57,239 nt of DNA from Candidatus Magasanikiibacteriota bacterium (GTDB taxonomy: Bacteria; Patescibacteriota; Patescibacteriia; Magasanikbacterales; UBA922): the NCBI GenBank assembly GCA_003510435.1, contig DOMK01000006.1, positions 1-57,239 of the forward strand. Direction: 5' to 3'. Positions 1-8,630 of the stretch are shown in pieces. Below the pieces are notes generated by a model. That model made no database searches and was not told the DNA's origin. It was given only the letters and a program-made list of their open reading frames with translations. The first letter of the stretch is position 1. The number at the start of each line of letters is the position of its first letter. A program made the position numbers and the translations under genes.

Positions 1-27
1 CACCCCTTCGGGGATTCGGGATTGGGT
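1..27. repeat. Family-A element, right-arm fragment at the window edge
   Basis: caCCCCttcGGGGattcgggatt matches the right-arm hairpin+ggattcggaatt motif. Confidence 0.5.
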
Positions 28-1088
28 GAAAGCACCATTATATTATCAGCATGCATCACTTGCACGCCTCTTTGTTTTTTAAAATCATTTTTTTGTAATT
101 CAACCGAAGACAAATCTACCACCCCAATCGCAATACTTTCTTTATTTTCATTTAACAACTCAACCAAATCACCATTTTCAAAACTGCCAAAAATATTTTT
201 TATTCCTACTGCGAGTAAACTGGTACCTTTTTGTAGAGCTAACACGGCTCCATTATCTACCATGATACTCGCAGCTGAAGTTTTCGCTGATAAAATCCAA
301 CGATCGCGATTTTTCAAAACCTGACAGCTTTTATGCGTTAAAAATTTTGTACCAATTTTATTACCAGCCAAAGCCAATTCTAAATTACCAGATTTTAAAC
401 CACTAATTATTTGTGTCTCTATACACACAGCTCGACATAATCTGGCCACTTTTAATTTTGAAATCATTCCGCCCGTACCATGAGTAGAAATATCTGATCG
501 ACAAAATTTCATCAACTCCGCATTTACATCTTCAATTTCATTTAACAAAGACTTTTTATCACCAACTTTTCCATCTTGATATAGTCCATCAATACTGCTG
601 ACGATTAATAATTTTTTGGCTGATAAAGCCACGGCCAATGCACCTGCCAAACTGTCATTATCACCAAAACCCCAATCAGTCCCATTGACAAGAAAGTCAT
701 TTTCATTAACCACTAAAATAAAATCTGGATGGGTTAAAAAATTTTCAATCTTGGTTTGTAAAGATAAAAACTCGCGACGTTTAACTAAATGAGGACGAGA
801 CAAAAGTAATTCCGCAATTTGAAAATTATATTTTTTCCCAGCCTCACGAAAATATTGCATCAAAATTGGCTGACCAATTCCCGCAGCCAAAGCTTTTTCT
901 AGACCAGGATTATTGGTTTCTTTTCTACCCAAAGCCACTGACCCAGAAGCAATAACAATAAACTTCTCCCCCATTTTGGTACGAGATAATATTGTACCAA
1001 AAAATTCTTCAAGCAAATCTTTTCTGACTGCTTGATTATTATCAATAATTACGTTTGTACCAATTTTTATGATTGTTAGGTTTTCCAT
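1..1088 (-). CDS. proB: Glutamate 5-kinase (ProB), partial; 3' end runs off the window start
   Basis: Minus-strand translation from ATG (cat at 1086-1088) reads MENLTIIKIGTNVIIDNNQAV...VIASGSVALGR...SIDGLYQD... and a PUA-like C-terminal part (AVGIKNIFGSFENGDLVEL). Missing from the ORF track because no stop lies inside the window. Lies directly downstream of proA. Confidence 0.7.
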   Translation of the reverse strand, partial: MENLTIIKIGTNVIIDNNQAVRKDLLEEFFGTILSRTKMGEKFIVIASGSVALGRKETNNPGLEKALAAGIGQPILMQYFREAGKKYNFQIAELLLSRPHLVKRREFLSLQTKIENFLTHPDFILVVNENDFLVNGTDWGFGDNDSLAGALAVALSAKKLLIVSSIDGLYQDGKVGDKKSLLNEIEDVNAELMKFCRSDISTHGTGGMISKLKVARLCRAVCIETQIISGLKSGNLELALAGNKIGTKFLTHKSCQVLKNRDRWILSAKTSAASIMVDNGAVLALQKGTSLLAVGIKNIFGSFENGDLVELLNENKESIAIGVVDLSSVELQKNDFKKQRGVQVMHADNIMVLSPNPESPKG

Positions 1089-1104
1089 ACGACAATTCAA
1101 CAAC

Positions 1105-1188
1105 TTCTGTTTAACTCTGTTAGTTCTGTTTATTCTGTTGTAAAATTTAACAACAGAAATAACGGAATTGAACAGAAAAAACAGAATT
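1105..1188. repeat. TCTGTT/AACAGA palindromic element in the proA-proB intergenic region
   Basis: …ttctgtttattctgttgtaaaatttaacaacagaaataacggaattgaacagaa…; 45-bp core nearly identical to 10383-10427. Confidence 0.65.
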
Positions 1189-1215
1189 TACAATATTATA
1201 TTTTATCTTTTCATA

Positions 1216-2454
1216 CTATTTACGTATTTGCCCAGACCCCATCACCACATACTTAGTCACAGTCAAATCTTTTATTCCCATTGGTCCACGCATATGAATG
1301 GATGAAGTACTAATACCAAGCTCTGCACCCAAACCAAATTCTCCCCCATCAACCAAACGGTTGGATGCATTATGTAAGACCGAGGCACTATTGACTGAAC
1401 GCAAAAATTCATTCGCTTTGTCTTTATTTTTGGTAATAATAGAATCAGTCAGGTGTGAACTATGAATTTCTATATGTTGTAAAGCTTCAGTAAAAGAACC
1501 AACAATTTTGATCGCGATAATTAAATCTAAATATTCTTCATCCCAGTCTTCTTCGGTTGCCAAAATACAATTTTCATTATAACGACAAACCATCGCATCC
1601 CCTCTTACTTCTACATTCTTAGCAAATAATTCTTTTAACAAATCTGGTAAGATTTTATCAGCCATATCTTTATGAATTAAAACTTTTTCAATTGTATTAC
1701 AAGTGGAAGGATTAGACGTCTTGGCATTGATAACAAGTTCAATGGCCATTTTTTTATCAGCTTCAGAATCAATGTACATATGACAAAGTCCGCGTTCATG
1801 AGCAATCACGGGCACACGTGCGTTATCTTTTATACTGTTGATTAATTTGGCTCGTCCGCGAGGTACAACCAAATCAACATACTTATCTTGTTTTACTACT
1901 TCAGCCAGAGCTTCATAACTTCTGTCTTCCAATTGTTGTACACAATTTTTGTCCATACCAGAAGTTTCCAAGGCTTGTTGAATAAATTTTAGTAAAACTG
2001 TGTTAGAATTATTTGCTTCTTTGCCACCACGCACGATTAGAGCATTACCAGATTTTACACACAGTCCAGCCGCGTCTATAATAACATTTGGTCGAGATTC
2101 ATACACAAACACAATCACACCAATTGGTACGTGCATTTTGGCAACTTTCATACCATTTGGTCGTTTCTTTTTTTCTTCTATTATTCCAATTGGATCTTCA
2201 TATCCAGCAATTTCTTTTAAACCTTTGGCCATGCCTTTTAAAATTTCTGATGTTAGAGTCAGGCGCTTTTCCATGGCTTTGGTTAAACCTTCTGCTAATA
2301 ATAAATCTTTTTGATTCTCTGATAAAATTTCTTCTTCATTGACCAATAACAAATCAGCCAAAGTCTTTAAAAATTGATTTTTTTGTTTAGTCTCTACTAC
2401 CCGTAATTGATTCGAGGCTTTTTTTGCAAATTGTAATTGTTCAATGGTTGTCAT
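1216..2454 (-). CDS. proA: Gamma-glutamyl phosphate reductase
   Basis: Full-length ~412 aa match to the ProA aldehyde-dehydrogenase-fold pattern (…VIAHERGLCHMYID…, C-terminal …ASNRLVDGGEFGLGAELGISTSSIHMRGPMG…). The ORF-track start at 2460 is TTG; the first ATG is 2454. Confidence 0.85.
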   Translation of the reverse strand: MTTIEQLQFAKKASNQLRVVETKQKNQFLKTLADLLLVNEEEILSENQKDLLLAEGLTKAMEKRLTLTSEILKGMAKGLKEIAGYEDPIGIIEEKKKRPNGMKVAKMHVPIGVIVFVYESRPNVIIDAAGLCVKSGNALIVRGGKEANNSNTVLLKFIQQALETSGMDKNCVQQLEDRSYEALAEVVKQDKYVDLVVPRGRAKLINSIKDNARVPVIAHERGLCHMYIDSEADKKMAIELVINAKTSNPSTCNTIEKVLIHKDMADKILPDLLKELFAKNVEVRGDAMVCRYNENCILATEEDWDEEYLDLIIAIKIVGSFTEALQHIEIHSSHLTDSIITKNKDKANEFLRSVNSASVLHNASNRLVDGGEFGLGAELGISTSSIHMRGPMGIKDLTVTKYVVMGSGQIRK

Positions 2455-2466
2455 AAACAAATATAT

Positions 2467-2600
2467 TTCGATCCGCCCAGGGCGGAGAGAAATCCCTTTT
2501 TAAAACATTGATCAGTGCCTTATATCAGTTCCTATTTTAATACATTTTTGAACTCTTGAAAAGGGATTCCTCACCCCGACCTTGTCGGGGATTCGGAATT
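2467..2600. repeat. Family-A GC-rich palindromic element, complete copy (~135 bp)
   Basis: Left arm cgatCCGCCCagGGCGGagagaaatccctttt (2467-2500). Right arm aaaagggattcctcaCCCCGACcttGTCGGGGattcggaatt (2561-2600). Arms are mutual inverted repeats, each with its own hairpin. Confidence 0.8.
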
Positions 2601-2777
2601 GATTAAAAAAATAAAGCGACACCTTTTTAGATGCCGCCATTTTTGATACTTTAAGCAAGTACTACTTTAGGCAGCACTGCATGGAGGGAAAATTGTATTA
2701 ATATTATTCATACAAATATATACTACCAAACAGACAGAGAAAAGTCAAATTAAATCACTAGTTATATGTGAACAACA

Positions 2778-2813
2778 AAGGGATCCTTCGACTCGCTTCG
2801 CTCGCTCAGGATT
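2778..2813. repeat. Family-A related element (cctgagcgagcgaagcgagtcgaaggatccctt core)
   Basis: Reverse complement reads aatcctgagcgagcgaagcgagtcgaaggatcccttt. Shares its core with the copies at 3676-3768 and 34004-34060. Confidence 0.6.
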
Positions 2814-2817
2814 AAAA

Positions 2818-3666
2818 TTAAATACCCTTAAATACTGGTACACCATTATTTGGATTAGTTGGCACGTAAATTGTGCCTTGACGATCTTTCAGACTATTGA
2901 TATATAAATATTGTAAATATCTTTCAGTCAAACTCTGATTAATAAGTTGCTGGGAATCACGTTGACCAGTCGCTTCAATCACTTTTCTCTCTGCTTCTTT
3001 TTTCTCAGTCTGCAATAAGAAATCATAACGTTGTGATTCTTGTTCTGATTGGAGTTTTAATTGGATACTTTGGGCTAAGTCAGCGGGCAACTGGACATGG
3101 CGAAGTAGTGCATCTTCGATTTCAATACCCCGGGGTAATAACTGAGCTTGTAAATCAGCAAAAATCTTTTGCGCGGCTTCTTGGCGTTTTTCCGAATAAA
3201 TATCTTTGGCCTCATACTGAGCAATCACTTCTCTAATCACACTTCTGATTTGCGGACGAATGACAATCTCATCATAAGTCAGACCAATATCCCGATAGAC
3301 ATCAGACGCTTTTTCTTGGACCAAGTGATAAAGTACAGTAATATCCAAGTCAACGCTTAGACCTTCTTTGGTTAGAGCTGTAATCGCATCGGCTGAAGCT
3401 TTCTTCCCCTCACCTTGAGCGACACTCATAGTATATTCCTGTGTCCGGACATTCATCTTGGTCACTTTTACCAAAGGATTTTTTAGATGAAAACCAGAGG
3501 CAAATTCTTCATCACGCACTTTGCCAAAAAAAGTTTGTACGCCGGTTTCACCTGCGCCAATCACTACCCAAAACGAACTGGCAAAACTCAAAATTAAAAG
3601 AACTACCACGGCTGATACAATCCACCAGCCAAACTTTCTCCTTTTCATAGGATTAATTGTTTCCAT
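2818..3666 (-). CDS. SPFH/band-7 domain membrane protein (HflC/HflK-like)
   Basis: N-terminal TM segment (KFGWWIVSAVVVLLILSF) followed by an SPFH-like body. The ORF-track N-terminal extension (to 3942) is in-frame read-through of a repeat element. The real start is probably ATG 3666 (METINP...) or 3648. Confidence 0.65.
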   Translation of the reverse strand: METINPMKRRKFGWWIVSAVVVLLILSFASSFWVVIGAGETGVQTFFGKVRDEEFASGFHLKNPLVKVTKMNVRTQEYTMSVAQGEGKKASADAITALTKEGLSVDLDITVLYHLVQEKASDVYRDIGLTYDEIVIRPQIRSVIREVIAQYEAKDIYSEKRQEAAQKIFADLQAQLLPRGIEIEDALLRHVQLPADLAQSIQLKLQSEQESQRYDFLLQTEKKEAERKVIEATGQRDSQQLINQSLTERYLQYLYINSLKDRQGTIYVPTNPNNGVPVFKGI

Positions 3667-3675
3667 AGTTTTTTT

Positions 3676-3768
3676 GTCATTCCGAAAGAGCGAAGCGAAT
3701 GAGGTCGAAGATCCTCCGAGGAGGGAATCCCTTTCCTCTGCCTCAGACGTTCTCGCTGTCACGGAAGA
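3676..3768. repeat. Family-A variant element upstream of the SPFH gene
   Basis: gtcattccgaaagagcgaagcgaatgaggtcgaagatcctccgaggagggaatccctttcctc…; shares gtcatyc…gagcgaagcga…gtcgaaggatcc and gagggaatcccttt motifs with other copies. Confidence 0.65.
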
Positions 3769-3954
3769 ATTAAGATTAAATAATTTATTAATAAAATTTT
3801 GTAAATTAAAATCTATTCCATTCTTTTTTAACTGCCAGTACAACAAAGCCAGACCAACTAAAATTAAAAAACCAGTTCTACTTAACAAACCAAGTAAGAG
3901 AACAACTGCTGGAAAAATGTAATCTTTGTATTTTTCTTGCATAATATTTTGTAA

Positions 3955-4041
3955 ATAGAACTCAAATTACCAGAATGACAAAAATTAACCAAAATAAATA
4001 TTTACGAAAATTTGGGGTGATTTGGGAAATTTGAGTTCTAT
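3955..4041. repeat. ~85-bp long palindrome (ATAGAACTCAAATTACC…GGTRATTTGGGAAATTTGAGTTCTAT) abutting the murA stop
   Basis: Arms atagaactcaaattacc… and …gggaaatttgagttctat are reverse complements. Second copy at 16331-16414. Confidence 0.7.
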
Positions 4042-5342
4042 CAATCAATCTTATTAATCTTTGCGCCAACTTTTTGTAGACGTTCTGCCAGATTTTCATA
4101 ACCGCGTTCAATCGTATACGAATTACGCAAGACTGATCGTCCTTTGGCGGCCAACATAGTTATAAAAACTGTCATTGCTGGACGAATGGCTGAAGGGGAC
4201 ATTAATTCATTAGCATAAAATTTTGTCGGGCCTTCTACAAATACCCTATGGGGATCAAGTAGAGTAATCTTAGCTCCTAACTTTTGCAGTTCCAAATAAT
4301 AAACAGCACGATTTTCATAAACCCAATCATGAACTAAAGTCCTGCCTTTGGCACAAGCCAAAATTGGTACAAAAAATGGCAGATTATCAATATTTAAACC
4401 TGGAAATGGACGTCCATAAATTTTATCTGGTAATGCTATTAACTTTGAAGGAATAAATTTTACATCCACCAAATCAAATTTACCATTAGCTGATTTGCGC
4501 TTTTTTGATAATTCAAATTTTTGTCCCATCACACTTAATTTTTCTAATTCTAATTCCAAAAATTCTAAAGGACAATTTTTAACTTTCAAACTAGATTTAG
4601 TAACAATTGCTAGAGCAAAAAAAGTCATAGCTTCAATCGGATCTGGCATAATATTATAACTTTTTACAGATTTCAAAGATTTCACACCTGTAATTTCCAA
4701 AGTAGTAGAACCAATACCCTTAATTTTAGCACCAGCCTTAACCAAAAAATAACACAGATCTTGTACCATGTAATTTGATGAAGCAAATTTTAGAATACTT
4801 TTACCAGGTGACAAAACTGCGGCCATTATAGCATTTTCGGTCGGTGTGTCACCTGACTCATACATGACGATCTGTGATGATTTCAACGGTGAATTATTTA
4901 CTTGATAATATTTAAACTTTGACTCAACTTTCACACCAAATTTTTCCAATGCAAACAAATGAGGTTTTATAGTCCTTTCACCAAGACGACAACCACCAGA
5001 CTTATAAATCTTATATTCTTTGACTCTACCAGCTAAAGCACCGAGCAATAATAATGAGGAACGAGTTATTTCAGTAGCATGTTTATTAATATCAGCCATT
5101 TTTAATTCCTTTGAACTATTTAATAAAAGTGTGTGTTCATTTATCCAGCGTAATTCTACACCAATACTTTTCAATATTTCTAAAATTCTAAATACTTCTT
5201 CAATTCTAGGGAGATCTTTCAATATTACTTCTCCCTTAACCATCAAGGAAGCACATAATATAGACACAGCAGAATTTTTTGCTGTATTGACAGATAATTC
5301 ACCGCTTAATTTTTTTCCACCCTGAATAATAAATTTAGCCAT
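4041..5342 (-). CDS. murA: UDP-N-acetylglucosamine 1-carboxyvinyltransferase
   Basis: MAKFIIQGGKKLSGEL... N-terminus and a MurA-like body throughout; catalytic-loop Cys context (…KSGGCRLGERTIKPH…). Start trimmed to ATG 5342 (track start 5417 lies upstream). Confidence 0.9.
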   Translation of the reverse strand: MAKFIIQGGKKLSGELSVNTAKNSAVSILCASLMVKGEVILKDLPRIEEVFRILEILKSIGVELRWINEHTLLLNSSKELKMADINKHATEITRSSLLLLGALAGRVKEYKIYKSGGCRLGERTIKPHLFALEKFGVKVESKFKYYQVNNSPLKSSQIVMYESGDTPTENAIMAAVLSPGKSILKFASSNYMVQDLCYFLVKAGAKIKGIGSTTLEITGVKSLKSVKSYNIMPDPIEAMTFFALAIVTKSSLKVKNCPLEFLELELEKLSVMGQKFELSKKRKSANGKFDLVDVKFIPSKLIALPDKIYGRPFPGLNIDNLPFFVPILACAKGRTLVHDWVYENRAVYYLELQKLGAKITLLDPHRVFVEGPTKFYANELMSPSAIRPAMTVFITMLAAKGRSVLRNSYTIERGYENLAERLQKVGAKINKID

Positions 5343-5436
5343 ATAAACATTGATTTTATTAGTTTTATATTGTATATTGTAGCTTAGATAGGATAAATAA
5401 TCAAATTCTTGGCTCAAACTATGTAAGCTATATATT

Positions 5437-5482
5437 CCCCGCCTGCAATCCCGATTTTATCGGGACTTGCATTGCGGGCAGG
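5437..5482. repeat. Nested GC hairpin element between divergent murA and the PEGA-protein gene
   Basis: ccgCCTGCAATCCCGAttttATCGGGacttgcATTGCgGGCAGG. Confidence 0.5.
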
Positions 5483-5510
5483 CTTAATCCTTACTCCTTA
5501 TTCCTTTATA

Positions 5511-6830
5511 ATGACTTACCCCCAAACCAAAATCACCCGTAATATTAGACTCACTATAATGATTTCTTTAATAATCACCTTTTTTATTATTTCTCCAATA
5601 ATCATTATGTATACCGCTGGGTATCGCTATGATTTTAGTAAACATGAAATAAAGCAGACAGGGGTTTTGAGTATTGATGCTTTGCCAAAAGATTTAACTG
5701 TTTATCTTAATAACGTAAAAATAGATAAAAAAATTCCCGTTTGGCTACCCAATCGCGCGCCAGGCAACTATGAAGTTAAACTAACAAAAGATGGTTACCA
5801 AGACTGGGTAAAAAATATTGACATTGCCAGTAAAAAAACGAGCTATATCAAAGAAATTACTTTATTCAAAAAAAGTTTACCCACACCAATCCTGGCAGAT
5901 TTACAAAAAACGATTGCTAATTTTTATTCTTCTTTTGATGGCCAATATATTATTCTTACAACCAAAGAAAATAATATATTTGAAATTTATTTGTACGAAA
6001 CAAACACCGAAACTTTATCTTCACTTTCTAGAATAAAAACAGAAACTGAACCAATTGTTAGTTGGTCGCCTTTTAATAATTATTTTTTAATTCAAACCAC
6101 TGAAAAACAAAAAGATATCATTCAAATTTTTGACGCCACTAATCAAAATATTACAAAAACTTACACATACGATAAATCTGTAATATACCAATGGACAAAG
6201 AACACTTCTGTCCCGTCAATTTATTTGCAAAATAATGGACAGATAATTCTGGCAACCACTGACAGTGAAAAATTACTAACAAATATTGATAGTAGCATTC
6301 AAGCCTGGTATGTGCAAGATGAAAATAATGTCTGGCTATACAAGAATAACACTCTTAAAAATGGCCTATCTGAATACCATCTAGAAAGCACAATAAAAAA
6401 TATTATTGATATTAATAATAACCGACTAATTTACAAAACTGATACTGATATAAAAGTAATAAAATTTTTTGATAACAAAATTCAAGAAATTAATTCTATT
6501 CCTACCCAACAAATCATTTATAATTCACAAACCGGAGAATGGATTACTTGGTCATGGTGGGAATTATGGACAATATATAATAATGGTGATACTAAGCTAC
6601 TCAATCGCACTGGAGAAAAAATGGTAATAATCAATCCCCTAGATCAGTATGGACTATTGTTAATTGCAAATGAAAATAAAATTACTGGCTTTAATCCTGG
6701 CTATTATCTTAGTCATGAATTATTTAATAATGGACAAATTTTAAAAACTGCGGTTGATATCAATACTAGAAAAATTTATTTCTGGGGCAAAGTGGCGGAT
6801 AAGACTGGGGTGTTTGAATTGGAATACTAA
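5511..6830 (+). CDS. Hypothetical membrane-anchored protein with a PEGA-like domain
   Basis: N-terminal TM helix; a PEGA-like segment (LTVYLNNVKIDKKIPVWLPNRAPGNYEVKLTKDGYQDW); long beta-rich C-terminal region. The track start at 5472 is TTG inside a hairpin; the first ATG is 5511. Confidence 0.4.
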   Translation: MTYPQTKITRNIRLTIMISLIITFFIISPIIIMYTAGYRYDFSKHEIKQTGVLSIDALPKDLTVYLNNVKIDKKIPVWLPNRAPGNYEVKLTKDGYQDWVKNIDIASKKTSYIKEITLFKKSLPTPILADLQKTIANFYSSFDGQYIILTTKENNIFEIYLYETNTETLSSLSRIKTETEPIVSWSPFNNYFLIQTTEKQKDIIQIFDATNQNITKTYTYDKSVIYQWTKNTSVPSIYLQNNGQIILATTDSEKLLTNIDSSIQAWYVQDENNVWLYKNNTLKNGLSEYHLESTIKNIIDINNNRLIYKTDTDIKVIKFFDNKIQEINSIPTQQIIYNSQTGEWITWSWWELWTIYNNGDTKLLNRTGEKMVIINPLDQYGLLLIANENKITGFNPGYYLSHELFNNGQILKTAVDINTRKIYFWGKVADKTGVFELEY

Positions 6831-6871
6831 AACACTCAATCACCTAAGCACTTTAGCACCTGAGCACCAAA

Positions 6872-6897
6872 ACACCTAAACAAAGGGTGTTTTTTTA
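6872..6897 (+). terminator. Rho-independent terminator (ACACC-loop-GGTGT + T-run)
   Basis: aaaACACCtaaacaaagGGTGTttttttt after gene 5511..6830. Confidence 0.5.
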
Positions 6898-6926
6898 TTA
6901 GTGTAAATTAGTGTGTAAGATTAGTG
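6897..6926 (+). promoter_or_regulatory. ATTAGTG x3 direct-repeat array abutting the TTGACA -35 of the GC-island gene
   Basis: attagtg (6897-6903), attagtg (6907-6913), attagtg (6920-6926); spacing 10 and 13 nt. TTGACA at 6931-6936. Confidence 0.6.
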
Positions 6927-6993
6927 TTCATTGACAAAATAATATTTTTTTGCTAATGTAATTTTGTAACCATCATAACGCCCTGGAGGGCAC

Positions 6994-7413
6994 ATGCTCG
7001 ACGTGAACGAATTCCTGTCGTGGTTCGAGGCGGGTCGCTTCAACAGCGTGCTCGCGTTCAAGGACGCGGGCATCGTGGGTAAGAGGGTTGAACAGGTGGC
7101 CCAGGCCATCAAAGCCATCCATGACGTCAACGGGACAACGTTCATGGAAATCATCAGCAACCTCGCTAGTCGGTTCTACGACATGGACGAAAGTGTCCCC
7201 GCCGACTCCGGCCTCGTCGGCGAAGGTGCCGTGGCCATAGCCGCGGCGTTCTCTACACTGTTCAACATGACAGACTTCCCCACCCTGGGAAAGCTCACTG
7301 GCATGCTCTGCGTGTTCGAGGAGGTACTCGAGCACGACTTCAAGCCGAGCGAACCCGGCTACTTGGCCGTAAAGACGGCCGTCGATCATCTGCGTGGACT
7401 TCTCTCCGCCTAG
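6994..7413 (+). CDS. Hypothetical acidic protein (139 aa) encoded in a ~62% GC island
   Basis: ATG preceded by SD ctGGAGGg (6983-6990). TTGACA (6931-6936)-N17-TAATGT (6954-6959) promoter-like signal upstream. Hairpin terminator downstream. Coding strand chosen over the overlapping antisense ORF 6973..7494 because of the RBS/promoter and protein-like composition. Confidence 0.5.
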   Translation: MLDVNEFLSWFEAGRFNSVLAFKDAGIVGKRVEQVAQAIKAIHDVNGTTFMEIISNLASRFYDMDESVPADSGLVGEGAVAIAAAFSTLFNMTDFPTLGKLTGMLCVFEEVLEHDFKPSEPGYLAVKTAVDHLRGLLSA

Positions 7414-7485
7414 CCCTCGCTCCGCTTCAGGAGCAACGTCCCAGGGCGAAGGTGGATTTCGATTCTGTACGTTCTTTTCTCGACT

Positions 7486-7557
7486 AAAAAACACCCGCGC
7501 CCGACTTAGTTCCGATTCATATCGAGATTAAGTTGGAGGATTTACGGGTGTTTTTTT
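7486..7557. terminator. Long hairpin terminator-like structure after the GC-island gene
   Basis: AAAAAACACCCG…(47-nt structured loop)…CGGGTGTTTTTTT. Confidence 0.5.
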
Positions 7558-7572
7558 ATTTCAATTAATATT

Positions 7573-8028
7573 TTATTTTAGTAAAGCCATTTCCACAGCT
7601 GTCATACCCCATTCATAACCACTGTTTAATTTCCCTGAGGAACGTTCTACTGCCTGTTCTTCATTTAGGCAAGTAAGTATACCAAAAATGACAGGAATGC
7701 CAGTGTCTAAATTTAATCGCATAATTCCCTGGGTAACTGCTTCGGCAATATATTCAAAATGCATAGTTCCACCTTTTATAAGAGAACCTAAACAAACCAC
7801 AGCGTCTACTTTTTTATTATCAATCAATTTTTTGGCTGCCAAAGGAATTTCATAAGCTCCGGGAACACTTAACTCATAAATATTTTTTTCTAAAACTCCA
7901 CACTCAGCCAAAGCTTTCCGGCAATTTTCTACCAAAGGATCAGTAATAAAACTATTCCACCGGCTCCGGGCAATGCCAATTTTTAATTTACTACCGTCAC
8001 TTATTTTAAATTCAATGCCTTTTTTCAT
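7573..8028 (-). CDS. ribH: 6,7-dimethyl-8-ribityllumazine synthase
   Basis: 151 aa, typical lumazine synthase length and motifs (…GAYEIPLAAKKL…VVCLGSLIKGGT…). Confidence 0.9.
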   Translation of the reverse strand: MKKGIEFKISDGSKLKIGIARSRWNSFITDPLVENCRKALAECGVLEKNIYELSVPGAYEIPLAAKKLIDNKKVDAVVCLGSLIKGGTMHFEYIAEAVTQGIMRLNLDTGIPVIFGILTCLNEEQAVERSSGKLNSGYEWGMTAVEMALLK

Positions 8029-8032
8029 ATAA

Positions 8033-8626
8033 TTATATTTTATTTTTTACCAAATTTTCTAAATACTTTAACATCATATCAAATTCGATATTCACTTCGT
8101 CCCCTATTTGCAAAATACCAAGCGTGGTTTCTAACAAAGTATATTGAATAAGTGAAACTGTAAAAATATTTTTATTTGTCCGGGCGATTGTTAAACTCAC
8201 ACCATCAACTGCCACTGAACCCTCAGCAACTAAATATTTTTTATATTCATCATCTACTTCTATACTAACCAATTTATCTTCACCTTCATTTTTAATATCA
8301 ACTACTTTGCCAACCGTATTGACATGACCATAAACAAAATGTCCGCCCAATTCATCACCCACATGTAAAGAACTTTCTAAATTAATTTTACTGCCTGGCT
8401 TTTTATTTCTAAAAATAGTTTTACGTAATGTCTCGGGCATTAATTCAAATACCAAATCATCATTGATTTTTTCCGCCACAGTCAAACACACTCCACTTAT
8501 GCAAACGCTAGAACCAAGTTCAGCTTCATTGTAAATTTTTGGACAGGAAACAAAAAACCGCAAACTGTCATTTTCTTGCTTAATATCCTCAATGATTCCA
8601 ATTGATTTTATTATACCAGTAAACAT
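8033..8626 (-). CDS. ribE: Riboflavin synthase alpha subunit
   Basis: MFTGIIKSIG... N-terminus, two lumazine-binding repeats, 197 aa. Confidence 0.85.
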   Translation of the reverse strand: MFTGIIKSIGIIEDIKQENDSLRFFVSCPKIYNEAELGSSVCISGVCLTVAEKINDDLVFELMPETLRKTIFRNKKPGSKINLESSLHVGDELGGHFVYGHVNTVGKVVDIKNEGEDKLVSIEVDDEYKKYLVAEGSVAVDGVSLTIARTNKNIFTVSLIQYTLLETTLGILQIGDEVNIEFDMMLKYLENLVKNKI

Positions 8627-8630
8627 AGGT

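Noticed and set aside
22-324. ORF-track + strand ORF (100 aa) at the window start
   Set aside because: Antisense to a convincing proB (glutamate 5-kinase) reading frame on the minus strand. Low-complexity translation; no RBS.
2818-3942. Long N-terminal extensions in the ORF track for the SPFH gene (also NUDIX gene 23527..24171, rplU 39779..40162, recR 38308)
   Set aside because: Extensions are in-frame read-through of repeat elements or begin at TTG/GTG; the first in-frame ATG after the element gives the canonical protein N-terminus.
6973-7494. Minus-strand 173-aa ORF overlapping the GC-island gene
   Set aside because: Open frame is a by-product of high GC. The + strand ORF has the RBS and promoter and a more protein-like sequence.
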